A stretch of DNA of 64,000 nt from Pecten maximus (Eukaryota): the NCBI RefSeq assembly GCF_902652985.1, contig NC_047022.1:27404001-27468000 (forward strand), in the 5' to 3' direction. The first letter of the stretch is position 1. The number at the start of each line of letters is the position of its first letter. The notes beneath the pieces were generated by a model, which worked only from the letters and a program-made list of their open reading frames with translations, ran no database searches and was not told the DNA's origin. A program made the position numbers and the translations under genes. This document shows, in pieces, positions 11,501 to 23,438 of the stretch.

Positions 11501-13374
11501 TTTAATTATAAATGAGTGAATATGGTTTTGTAGTTAATAAGTGTAATTTCCATAAGAGGGAACAGCTATTATCATTTGATTTTGAGCAATGACGATTGGT
11601 AAACTAATTACCTTTGCCCTCAATGAACCGAGGTAGGTATTGCTGCCAATCCCCGCTGTACTCATAGTCCAGCAGACGAGTATGGTGGTTAAAGAAGGAG
11701 ACAGCCACGTCCCTAGGGTTCCTCAGTATATACACAATTTTACACTGTTTCCGTTTAAAGTCCTCGGGTATCTGTCCGTAGTACATGTGAGTGTTCAGCA
11801 CTCTTGGTGACGTCATGGAATCAAGTGCTGACCGGGATAAACATTCTAACATGGCCATTTCTTTCATTAGATTGATCCTTTCGGCGTTTCCATTCAATAG
11901 CATACACGTTATCTCCCACACCCAGTGGGTCCCTGTTGAAAGTCAAGTCCGATAGGTAAAAAGGCAGGTAAATGCACAGTGGAAAGAAAGTTATCTTTCT
12001 TCCAAGGGCTCAGTTGCTCAAAATTTGATTAGCTTAATCACTTGATTAGTGAAAATCCCAACTCTCCTTAACTTAAAAAACTAAGTGGGTGTTTCCTAAA
12101 ATGGGCAAGATGGAAGAGATTGACAAGTGTTATAGCTTCATGAAATGTTGTCAAGTTAGTTGAACGAGAAATGATTTTATCAGGATCGTAAAATTGTTGT
12201 TTAACTGTGATTAGCATCATAACCCATTGAACACTTGTCCCTGAATGTAGGAGTCATGCATGTTCTTTAAACAAGAGGCTCCATGGACCTGGGTCCATCA
12301 CTTGGTATTCACTTCTTTGATAATGCTCGGCCTTTTAGTTAAACAGAAGTCGTTTTAATCTGCAACACGGTTGACCCTTGCGACTTTGAATATTGGTTAA
12401 GGTTATTTTTTTCGCAAACATTTTGGGGCTCCATTCCAGGAACCTTTCCAGCCCAACAGCATTAGGCCTATATATCGTTTAAAGGAAATGGTTGACGCCG
12501 GACGGACGACAGACGTCGGACGGAAGGACGGGGGACCTAACACAACGATACTTGTCCCTTGTAGTGTCTTTAGTTCATTCTGTAACCATGGTATATACCA
12601 GCTTCTTCCTACCACTCGTATGGTAGTTCTCTTTTAATTCGTGCAGTAGAGCTTTAGTCCTGTGACCCAGGATTCCTGAGTTCGATTCTAAACGAAGTCA
12701 TTACAAAAATCAGGTGTGTGTAACACCATGGATCTGATGCAAATACAAAGGGATGTGGTCCAAGGATGGACACAGGATAACTCTTGTAGTGACTCTCAAC
12801 GAGGCAAAACATCACATATAACTTTTTAAAGTACTATGCAATTCCGTAAAATAGAGGACATTTCGCGGTGTTTCTACTCTTAAACAGATGATGAAACAAA
12901 GCACTAATCTATTTAAAGTGGCAGGACGTAAACATTGAGCATGAACGAATACGACACACATATATAGATCCTGTATGACAATTGTATAAGGATACAGACA
13001 GACAGTTATCTATGGACATTTATCATGGTTATGGTGTAAACAAATCAAATGTTGTCTTCCGTTCACACAGCTATTATTTTCATTTTAAATTGTTTTACAT
13101 ACATGCTCAAATCGCTCACTGTTAACAATGATCTCCCTTTATAATATTTTGATAGTTTACTATAAACACTAATGCCATACAATTTTTCCATAAACCTACC
13201 AGACTTTGGGTAAGCACATATAAGTACATCATCTGATCTAGCGGTCCAGTCCGTCCTGTCCCGGAACTCCTTTTCCTGGTCATAGGGTACTCGGATCACA
13301 GGCAGGTAAAACCCGTCCACCTCTCGCAAGGTCATTGTTTTCCCGTGGTCATCTTTGACCTTGACCACCGGCAT
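8487..13374 (-). CDS. Cytosolic sulfotransferase (SULT1-like, Sulfotransfer_1), 294 aa; exons 13200-13374, 11612-11932, 10120-10223, 8891-9062, 8487-8599
   Basis: Spliced CDS of 885 nt is open. Motifs: 5'-PSB YPKSGTHW, catalytic His in LNTHM, 3'-PB RNPRDVAVSFF, GSWFDY, YEDL, RKGIVGDWKNWFTVAQSE (PAPS lid plus KxxxTVxxxE dimer motif). All introns GT-AG. Confidence 0.95.
8891..9062 (-). CDS. SULT coding exon 4
   Basis: DSVNEVSRLASFL...CNFQKMK...GMYRK-G, 172 nt; not in the ORF track. Confidence 0.92.
10120..10223 (-). CDS. SULT coding exon 3
   Basis: VDYGSWFDYVVDWE...YEDLQK, 104 nt. Confidence 0.92.
10201..11072. repeat. 54-bp minisatellite made of the SULT intron 2/exon 3 junction, about 15 copies
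   Basis: Minus-strand unit = ttgactacggttcctggtttgac (first 23 nt of exon 3) + attgtgataatgtagccctgtttgtccctag (last 31 nt of the intron). Confidence 0.95.
11612..11932 (-). CDS. SULT coding exon 2
   Basis: GTHWVWEI...RNPRDVAVSFF...FIEGK, 321 nt, acceptor ttcaacag, donor GTAATT. Confidence 0.95.
12270..12560 (+). mobile_element. Non-autonomous interspersed element remnant (HINE/pearl-like)
   Basis: Head aacaagaggctccatggacc and a GACG-type microsatellite tail (ggacggacgacagacg). A similar head lies at about 14221 and a similar tail at about 61843. Family name from recall. Confidence 0.4.
13200..13374 (-). CDS. SULT coding exon 1
   Basis: MPVVKV...DDVLICAYPKS-G, donor GTAGGT, 175 nt. Confidence 0.9.
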
Positions 13375-14597
13375 CTTAACGGTAACGTTAGTGACCTAAA
13401 CACGTTCTATAGCACGCTGGTAATTACCGAGGTCTCAACATCCCCACCTCCTGGGTCTCTGGCGTTCATCTACAAGGTAAGAGTTACCCTAATCAGGATA
13501 AGGTTTTCATATGATCTCTCATCTTTTATGATTACCTCCTATAATTAACGAATACTTTGCTAATGAGTGATCTTATGAGTGTGTACTGATTGCGTTATAT
13601 GCGATATGACATCATCGATACAAAATCTAAGGTTTTTTGGGCGTTTCCATATTCCTCCAGTTCATGACGCTTGTTAAACATGGACGTTTGTTAACCTACA
13701 ATTCCTGTACTGAAATACTTATCCACAGTGATAACGTATAGCAGTATATCATCATTTGCATTCATTATACAATAAACTACAGAAGCATTCACCATAGCAC
13801 ATCATGCCTTAAATAGATAATATAATTATGTTGCTCTAAATTTGATTAACCTTATGTAAATTCCTAAAATTTAAAACCCCCCTTTTAGAAATAGTGAAAT
13901 CGTTTGTGATACAATTTTTGTACACGATGGAAACCGAAACATAATTAAATTATGTGTTTATGTGTCAGCTTAGAAATAAATCTAACAACTCGAACTTCCA
14001 CCTATTGGCCTGACCATTTTAATGATTCTCAAACAGTATTGATGACCTCAACAGTGTGACGACACTTCTTAGTCTGTCCATTTTTCAACAACTGAAGAGT
14101 AAAACTCTCTTATCAAACAGAATATTTTTGATGTTGGAACTAAAACAGAATATTTTTGATGTTGAAATTATAATATGTAGACGTCGAGATTGTAACGAAG
14201 AACTCATTACATTATTATTAAGAAGAGGCCTTTAGGCCTAAACGCTCACCTGATCGGGCTCTACACGTAAAACAGGATTTGAATTTACTTTTACTGATAT
14301 TGAGATCTATTTCAATATTTCTATAGCCTAGCAATGTAGATATACTAGTCATTTAACCGTTTCTCTCCTTATTCTGAAAATATTTCCTTGACCTCAATCC
14401 TCTAAAAACCGCACAACTTTAGGTCCCCAAAGGTTACATGTCAAATCAACTTTAACTATAACACTGCATGGCTTAATTTCAGTGTCAATATATGTCACTG
14501 GAGACCACAGACAATATTGCTACGTAATGTACATCAATTTGCTAAACTATGCATTTGCATATCTTACTGCAAAGAAATTTCAAAGCTCAGCATAAAA

Positions 14598-14712
14598 GAC
14601 CCCTAAAGTCACATAAAGTCCCCTTAAGTCCCCTTAAGTTACATAAAGTCCCCTAAAGTCCCCTAAAGCCACATAAAGTTCCCTAAAGTCACATAAAGTC
14701 ACATAAACTCAC
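14598..14712. repeat. 10-bp short tandem repeat (ccctaaagtc/acataaagtc)
   Basis: Seen directly, about 11 units. Confidence 0.8.
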
Positions 14713-15269
14713 AGGTCGAATTGGTCATCAAGTATTATTAACGTGTTGTACACTTCTTATAACACGGTAAAATTCATCATGGTCTATCAGAGTTACTTCC
14801 CTTCGTATCGCTCTGTCCGTATAGCGATAGCTAATGAGGACCTATGTCAAGTTTTCCAATGGTCATTATATATGTCATGAAATGTCACGGGTCAAATTGT
14901 CCATCAATTCTTATCAATTTCTAATACTTTTCATTTGCACTTTTTATAACACTGTGAAATTATACCAAAGGTCAATAAATAGGTCACCAAAGGTCACCAG
15001 TCACAATGAGCATGACAAGCCCTGAGAGTCCCTGTCTTTGGCCCTAGCTGCAATGAGTAACAGTGCTGCGGCATATTTTCAACTACATAATTAATCAAAG
15101 TTAGCCAAGAGATGCCCTGTCTGAGGCCCCTAGCAGCTGAATTATGTATAGCATTTAACGTACATGTATATACAAAAATACAATCATAATAACTAACCCT
15201 TTTATCGCCTCTTCATCACCATCATAGTAGATGGACCTTATTACAACAAAACTATCTCTAAACAAGAAA

Positions 15270-15510
15270 TATCTTTAAAAAAGATAAACGGCATAGTTTT
15301 AAAGCTGGTGGTTATAATGTAAAACTGCTGGTAAATAAATTAACGAACTAATTAATAAATGATCATTTTCAGCACGACAGAGACGTCTCTGAGCACGGAT
15401 AACAAAATTATATCAGTTGGAATCATTTTTGGTTATAATAAGACTGCATTTCGAATCAGGAATATGATCTGATTAATGTGTCATTTGAATAGATACATCC
15501 ACTTATTCCA
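15270..15510 (+). repeat. Dispersed repeat, copy 1 (copy 2 at 23510-23715)
   Basis: Both start atctttaaaaaagataaacggcatagtttta and remain alignable through gtgtcatttgaa.agataca.ccacttatt. Confidence 0.85.
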
Positions 15511-17974
15511 CCTATTATCTGAAGTTTGAGGACGACCGATGATGCTAAGTAGCAATCGCTCACATGACGGCAGGAATAATAGAATACATCATTAACACTA
15601 AATATTTCATCCAAATATTTCTGACAGTGAGTGGAGACACAATAGATCTATTGTTTGATTGTTTGTTACAATAAATTACATGACTGTTACATACCCGAGT
15701 AGTATGGAGAAGGCTCATGAAGAGTTTTCCGGAAGAATGACTCCTTTGACTTTTGTTGGCAATACAATTCGTTAAAATCAATTATAAAAAGCAACATCAG
15801 CATTTGTATGGTTCTTGGTATAACAGAATCAATTTTTAAGCATTGATCTGCATTGTTATGACATGAATAGGTCATAATCAATCACAGAACTTTACAGAAA
15901 AATATACTGCTAGTCCAAGATGATGTTGACTGATACACAATATAAAGTTTTGTCATTTACTACGACTATACATACCACAATAATACAATTAGATGTTTAC
16001 CTTTTATTGTCTCATCAAAACTCTAATAGATATACGATTATACGTCATATTTCTACACGATGGTCCGCGGTTACAGTCTTTAAAATGAGAATAAATTGCT
16101 ACACTTGTATATTGCCACGATTGTCATTTCTTGTAAAAAAGCACGTCATTATCATATCCAATTTAGTATATCAATGTAGCTGGTAATACAGCCGTTAATT
16201 ATCATATTGTCTATGACGATGGCCCGTTATCAGTAGTAAACGTTTGACATTCGATTGGACCATTCCACACATCGCGTACCAATGAGATGTACTTATTTCC
16301 GAACTTGCACTGATCGCAATCCAAAACCAGCATTTTACAACCAGGACATACACATGTACGAATGGTCCTTAATACTCTTCAGACTGCTTGATTTCACGCT
16401 TACATGCATATATATATGTGTGTATGTATATATGTATATGTTTTGGTTTTTAGAATTTCTCGACAAAAGTTGCATTTAGTGGGTTTGAGGAGAGTATCAT
16501 AATGTTCTAAATGGTTAGATACACTGTATATGTCTGGTAGACTTTTCTCAATAGTGAAACTATGATGGAAGGGGGATCGCTCTAATAATACTGACATCAC
16601 ACACATATATATATATAAGATGAGACCGTCTACAACAAACACCACTATTACTGCTGCATGCCACCGAACTGTTCAGCCCGAATGCATATTTGGGTCACGA
16701 TAAGATCGGCCCATAGTAGTCCCCTCATAAATAAACACGCATGTATGTGTATGAATATATCGTGATTGAGATAAAAATATCACCATCTATTAATATTTTG
16801 CATGTGTTGCACAACCAAAACTTACCTAAAGAAATCTGACTGGTCAAAGGTACGTTGTTGTTCGGCAACAACTTTCCAGTCTATCCAGTAACTGTACGCC
16901 TGAATGTTTGTAAACACCGTAGTTCACTCACTTCCGGTAGACTTGGTAAGTGTTTATCCCCAGTTAGCACAGTTTAAAGCTCGACTAAGCCGGGTCGTAT
17001 TAAAATCAATCTGGCGGTACGTTGTGAGGCTGCTGAGCGGCTGCGTGCTCCAGCTAATGACACGTAAAAGGTGTTTAGTGGAATCCGACCTAACTCTGTT
17101 ATAGCTGTAGCTTCATCCCAAATCGATATTTTTCTATCACCGACAGTTTGATTATCCAGGGAATTCGACTGAGTATGGGGTTCTCGGGGGAATAAGACTC
17201 CATGAACAACGATTACTTAGTATAAGTGTATGAAGCTATCTGTTGTCAATTTAAAAAGACATATACTGTAACAATGATAATATTGCTGTTGAAAAAAAGA
17301 GATTTTAAAGAGAATGTACGTACAAGATGCATTGACAATGGTTTTCTTTATAATATTAACATGTATAAATGAAATAGTACTGACGTAATTGCCTTGATCA
17401 ATGTCAAAGAAATGGCAGTGGAAAGTTCTACATTATGTTAGAAAACCTTTGTAGACTACATAATTGTGTATGATTTCCATCTCCAGTACACATGTGCAAT
17501 GTTTATTTGGTTTGAGTTAGGTTGTTTTTGCGTGTCAATCACCAGTTAAACTGACCCCGGATATATATGGGTTGGTAGTTTACCGTTCCCTGGGACTACA
17601 CACAGTCTACTGTCTATAGACAGCTTTCGTCAACGTTGCTAGAACAATGATGACAATAGCCTTTTGTTGTAGGGTTATTTATGATTATTCCTATACAGTA
17701 CATGGAAAAGTATTAGGTATTCGATAATTTAGGTTTTAAAAAGATACTTAATATAGAATACTTCATATAGAGAGGATTGCAATATTACGTAAACTGAAAT
17801 CTTTTATGAACATAAACGCCAATATAGGTCCTTTATGGGAACAACAGAACCTGTATATTGTTATTGTATACGTAGTTAGAAACAGATAATTGAAAATGCG
17901 TTGGGATGGCCAGTAACAATGCCTTATTTGTACTGACAGGCAAATAGATCGATCCGACAGAGTGATTGCTTTAC

Positions 17975-20122
17975 TACCCGGTAAGAAAACGCTGCCGAGA
18001 ATATATAATGTCCTTACCCGCTAACTAAACACTACCGAGTATAAATCACGTCCTTACCCGCTAACAAAACACTACCGAGTATAAATCACGTCCTTACCCG
18101 CTAACAAAACACTACCGAGTATAAATCACGTCCTTACCCGCTAACAAAACACTGCCGAGTATAAATCACGTCCTTACCCGCTAACAAAACACTGCCGAGT
18201 ATAAATCACGTCCTTACCCGCTAACAAAACACTACCGAGTATCAATCACGTCCTTACCCGCTAACAAAACACTGCCGAGTATAAATCAGGTCCTTACCCG
18301 CTAACAAAACACTACCGAGTATAAATCAGGTCCTTACCCGCTAACAAAACACTACCGAGTATAAATCACGTCCTTACCCGCTAACAAAACACTGCCGAGT
18401 ATAAATCACGTCCTTACCCGCTAACAAAACACTACCGAGTATAAATCAGGTCCTTACCCGCTAACAAAACGCTGCCGAGTATCAATCACGTCCTTATCCG
18501 CTAACAAAACACTGCCGAGTATCAATCACGTCCTTACCCGCTAACAAAACACTGCCGAGTATAAATCACGTCCTTACCCGCTAACAAAACACTACCGAGT
18601 ATAAATCAGGTCCTTACCCGCTAACAAAACACTGCCGAGTATAAATCACGTCCTTATCCGCTAACAAAACACTGCCGAGTATAAATCACGTCCTTACCCG
18701 CTAACAAAACACTACCGAGTATAAATCACGTCCTTACCCGCTAACAAAACACTACCGAGTATCAATCACGTCCTTACCCGCTAACAAAACACTACCGAGT
18801 ATAAATCAGGTCCTTACCCGCTAACAAATCACTACCGAGTATAAATCACGTCCTTACCCGCTAACAAATCACTGCCGAGTATAAATCACGTCCTTACCCG
18901 CTAACAAATCACTACCGAGTATAAATCACGTCCTTACCCGCTAACAAATCACTACCGAGTATAAATCACGTCCTTACCCGCTAACAAATCACTGCCGAGT
19001 ATAAATCACGTCCTTACCCGCTAACACAACACTACCGAGTATAAATCACGTCCTTACCCGCTAACAAAACACTACCGAGTATCAATCACGTCCTTACCCG
19101 CTAACAAAACACTACCGAGTATAAATCAGGTCCTTACCCGCTAACAAACCACTACCGAGTATAAATCACGTCCTTACCCGCTAACAAATCACTGCCGAGT
19201 ATAAATCACGTCCTTACCCGCTAACAAATCACTACCGAGTATAAATCACGTCCTTACCCGCTAACAAAACACTACCGAGTATAAATCACGTCCTTACCCG
19301 CTAACAAATCACTGCCGAGTATATATCACGTCCTTACCCGCTAACTAAACACTACCGAGTATAAATCACGTCCTTACCCGCTAACAAAACACTACCGAGT
19401 ATAAATCACGTCCTTACCCGCTAACAAATCACTACCGAGTATAAATCAGGTCCTTACCCGCTAACAAAACACTGCCGAGTATCAATCACGTCCTTACCCA
19501 CTAACAAATCACTGCCGAGTATAAATCACGTCCTTACCCGCTAACAAAACACTGCCGAGTATAAATCAGGTCCTTACCCGCTAACAAATCACTACCGAGT
19601 ATAAATCACGTCCTTACCCGCTAACAAATCACTGCCGAGTATAAATCACGTCCTTACCCGCTAACAAAACACTGCCGAGTATAAATCACGTCCTTACCCG
19701 CTAACAAAACACTGCCGAGTATAAATCACGTCCTTACCCGCTAACAAAACACTGCCGAGTATAAATCAGGTCCTTACCCGCTAACAAAACACTACCGAGT
19801 ATAAATCACGTCCTTACCCGCTAACAAATCACTGCCGAGTATAAATCAGGTCCTTACCCGCTAACAAAACGCTGCCGAGTATAAATCAGGTCCTTACCCG
19901 CTAACTAAACACTGCCGAGTATAAATCAGGTCCTTACCCGCTAACAAATCACTGCCGAGTATAAATCAGGTCCTTACCCGCTAACAAATCACTGCCGAGT
20001 ATAAATCAGGTCCTTACCCGCTAACAAATCACTGCCGAGTATCAATCACGTCCTTACCCGCTAACAAATCACTACCGAGTATAAATAACGTCCTTACCCG
20101 CTAAGAAAAAAATACCGAGTAT
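17975..20122. repeat. 40-bp minisatellite, about 53 copies
   Basis: Unit tccttacccgctaacaaaacactaccgagtataaatcacg, with a few recurrent SNP variants and no indels. Confidence 0.97.
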
Positions 20123-20829
20123 AGGAACTGATACACGGATCGACTGCATTTTCAGTACATGTGATTCCCATTATTTCCATTATGCGATTGGATGTCAGAC
20201 ATTTTTTATGCTTGTTGATATTCCTAGTGGTTCCGTTGTGGTGACTTAACCTGGATTTGACCTAGGTTTGTATATTAGTGTCGTTGATGCAGCAGAAAAA
20301 CGCTTACTCGTCTGGAACCCCTGGTCTTATTCTCTGTACTTTTTTCAGGAGGCACAATGCAGATATATATTATGTTTGCATTTTTGCCTCTTTGAATTGA
20401 TTTTGAAAAATCGGAGCATATAATGCTTAGGTGTCGTGCAATTTTAAATGTTATCTTATTCAATAATATCCACTACAACATCATTAATACCGCATATTTG
20501 ATGAAACATCATATTGCACTCTCGCGTAACTTGGCAGACATGTGTACGACAAATCTGATTGGCTGAAAGAACCCAACGTCATAGAACACTCGCACGAGCT
20601 TGCACTTAGATGTTTTATCACTATGGCATATCAATTGGAATAATGGATCAGATGTAGACCAATCAGCATCTGATACAAAACTGAAAATATAATAACATAA
20701 TTTATATATACACATTGAGAATTAACAGGCCTTCATAGAAACTACCTTCATCGTTTTGTGACCTTGCATCAGAAACTACCTTCACTGGTTTGATGACCTT
20801 GTATCAGAAAACGTCTTCAGAACTTGCCA

Positions 20830-21150
20830 TTGATGCTATAAACACCATACAGATGTCTCGTCATTCGGGTACATGTCAGTGATGCTAGAGACACCATACA
20901 ACTGGCTCGTCATTCGAGAAACCTCCAGTATCATCATCACATAATTCGCCAGTTATGCTAGAGACACAATAAAGCTGGCTCGTCATTCGAGAAACCTCCA
21001 GTGTCATCATCACATAATTCGTCAGTTATGCTAGAGACACCATACAACTGACCCGTCATTCGAGGAATCGTCAGTGATGCTGGAGACAATGTGTAGCTGT
21101 CTCGTCATTCAAGAACTCGCCAGAGACACCACGCAGCTATCTGTCATTCA
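20830..21150. repeat. Degenerate tandem repeat (gatgctagagacaccatacaactggctcgtcattcgagaa)
   Basis: About 6 diverged copies. Confidence 0.7.
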
Positions 21151-22541
21151 ATTGTGGAAATCCATGAGGCCAGTAAGGAAAAGATTCTAGGCTATTGTAT
21201 TACAATTGTAAGAGGTGTGTTTTATTAACCGCATGATGTAGTCAATTTCAGAATAGTTGGTGGACATTATTCAAAATTCGAACCTACCGCAACTTTTCAT
21301 AAAGGGTCCGAAATACCTTCTGTAAAACGTTATTTTAAGATACTTATGACCAATCTAGTTTTTTTATGATTACCACTTATTTGGTTTGAATATTGTTTTA
21401 AGTCCTCAACATTACTTTGTTTTTTTTTCCCAAAAAAATATTATGCATTAAACAATATTTCAGATTACTGGTTAATATACCACTAGTAATAAAGACCTCC
21501 TCCTTTTTATTATATTCCTAAACCTTACGACAGCATTTTATTCAAGGTTTGTTTTAACAAAAACAAAAATGCATATGTCTTACTACATGTTTATTCTTTG
21601 TATTTTTAAAGCATGTCTACAGAGTATTGTAACTACATATTAATTTTTCTTATCACGTGCTGTTTCAAATAGTTTTCGGAAACAAACGGTCCTATTCGCT
21701 TTGATTTTTATCTTTATTCTCCGTGTAAATGGGTCTTTTAATATGTTCCTCTCGTTCCATCAATGTTCAGTTGTTCTCTACAATATGTCAATACTTGTTA
21801 TAACTGTAGTCGTGTTACTATTTTCGCTGCTCTCCAATATCAGTGTATGTCCAACGATTATTTGATAATCATCAGTAAATACCCAGATGGATAACGAATT
21901 CCGTATATTGAGAAATCAACTCTTTCACTAATAAAATTAAGCCTTTATTTCTATACATTTAACTATTGTTCGTTAAAATTATATAAACGGAAAAGAAGGA
22001 CGATGCTTGACTGGTGGCAGTAGCCAGATTACTATACAAAATAGAAATAAAAAATGTACAAGCATAGCAAGCATATTAAAGGGACAAATAATGTGGTTCA
22101 AATATAATTGATTAGTAACATAAATGGATCGCAGTAATTGGCGGAGGTCAGTGTATATAGGGACCAAGGAACCAATGATTTCCCATAGACGGTAATGTTA
22201 ACGTTTACCACTGTCCTGCTTAAATGGAGTTTTCAACACTGGTCCAGTACGTAGCTATAGTTTTTAAGTATGTCATCTCGGAAACCTCTAAATAGAATGA
22301 TTTTTTTTTTTTACCAATTTGAACTTTTTTTATATGGGGGCCACCATCTTGTATTGAATTCAGCACCAAAAATTCATCTAAATTTACAACAAAATACACA
22401 CGTACTTTACTCCCCCTGACCAAAACAGGCTAGCAAAAAAAATAACTTTTTTTCTATATATTTTACATCTACATGTATTGCCCAACCCACATATTAAAAC
22501 TTTGGAAACTTCTCTCACCTAATGTCAATGACTGTTTGCAT

Positions 22542-22856
22542 TTAAAGATTACCCAAGTCAATATTTTGATTTTCAGATTTTATCGTTAAATATGGAAGTT
22601 TTTGAGACAAACTCACTGATAGAGTACTGCGACTCATACGGAAATGCATTCGAAAGTCTCCTTCGCTATACTTTGGGACAATTTCGGAGGCATAATCAAC
22701 AACACAGGCGTGTGTTTCCTTAAAAATATGCTTTACGGCAATGATATCCAAAAGTCTTCTGTTTTTACTCAGTTCTTCTACAAGAACATTTGAAGTATCG
22801 TCACTTTCTGCTATTTCGTTTATAAGTATTAAGTTCAACGGTGAAAAGTCAGCCAT
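22542..22856 (-). mobile_element. PIF/Harbinger-like transposase N-terminal fragment
   Basis: ORF contains EIVPKYSEGDFRMHFRMSRST, matching the F..xFRMSR.TF motif of HARBI1/Harbinger transposases. No DDE core is visible. Possible donor GTGAGT at 22611-22616. Confidence 0.6.
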
Positions 22857-23196
22857 GATTGTTTGATGTCAAGCACTTAGAACCGTTGTAGAAGTGACTT
22901 AAGCGCTAGAAAATCGGCTGAGCGACTTGCAACGCACCCCTAGATATCCAATCAGTAGGCCCCGATGCATTCACCTTCCTATTAAATCTGCCCAAACGGG
23001 GAAAACCCACAATCTATTTTTGATTTGGTTCTGTGGTCCCTATAACACATAAAACAGAGTATTTATAACGGCTTACACTCTCAATACAAAGTTGTAAAGT
23101 ATATGGGTCACTGTTCAGTGGTGCCAGTGTTCTGTGATAAGATAGTAATAGGTCGATTAACACAAACACTAGTCATTTCTGATTTCCATAAAATCA

Positions 23197-23438
23197 TCAG
23201 CCACCTCTTCGTAGAATGTCGATCAGCGTCTCTATCTCCTCTCTTCTCTCGTTATCCATTCCTCTCTCCTGTGCTATCTCCCTCATCATCTCGTTTTCCA
23301 TTTCTCTCTCTTGTTCTCTCTCTCTCATTCTCTCGTTTAACATGTCTCTCTCCTGTTCTATCTCTCTCATTGTCTCGATATCCATTTCTCTCTCCTGTTC
23401 CAACTCCTTGGATTCAAAGTCGGATTTCTTCTTCCCTT
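23197..23438 (-). CDS. vWA-B exon 12 (charged helical tail, stop)
   Basis: EGKKKSDF...EEIETLIDILRRGG*; shares ETLIDIL(K/R)(K/R) with the last exon of paralogue A; phase 1 acceptor ttgcag. Confidence 0.85.

Noticed and set aside
12640-12700. tRNA-like B box (gagttcgattc)
   Set aside because: Too degenerate; at most an old SINE head.
17975-20122. CRISPR-like regular array (also 5797-7472 and 43369-43907)
   Set aside because: Units are contiguous with no unique spacers, there are no cas genes, and the context is eukaryotic.
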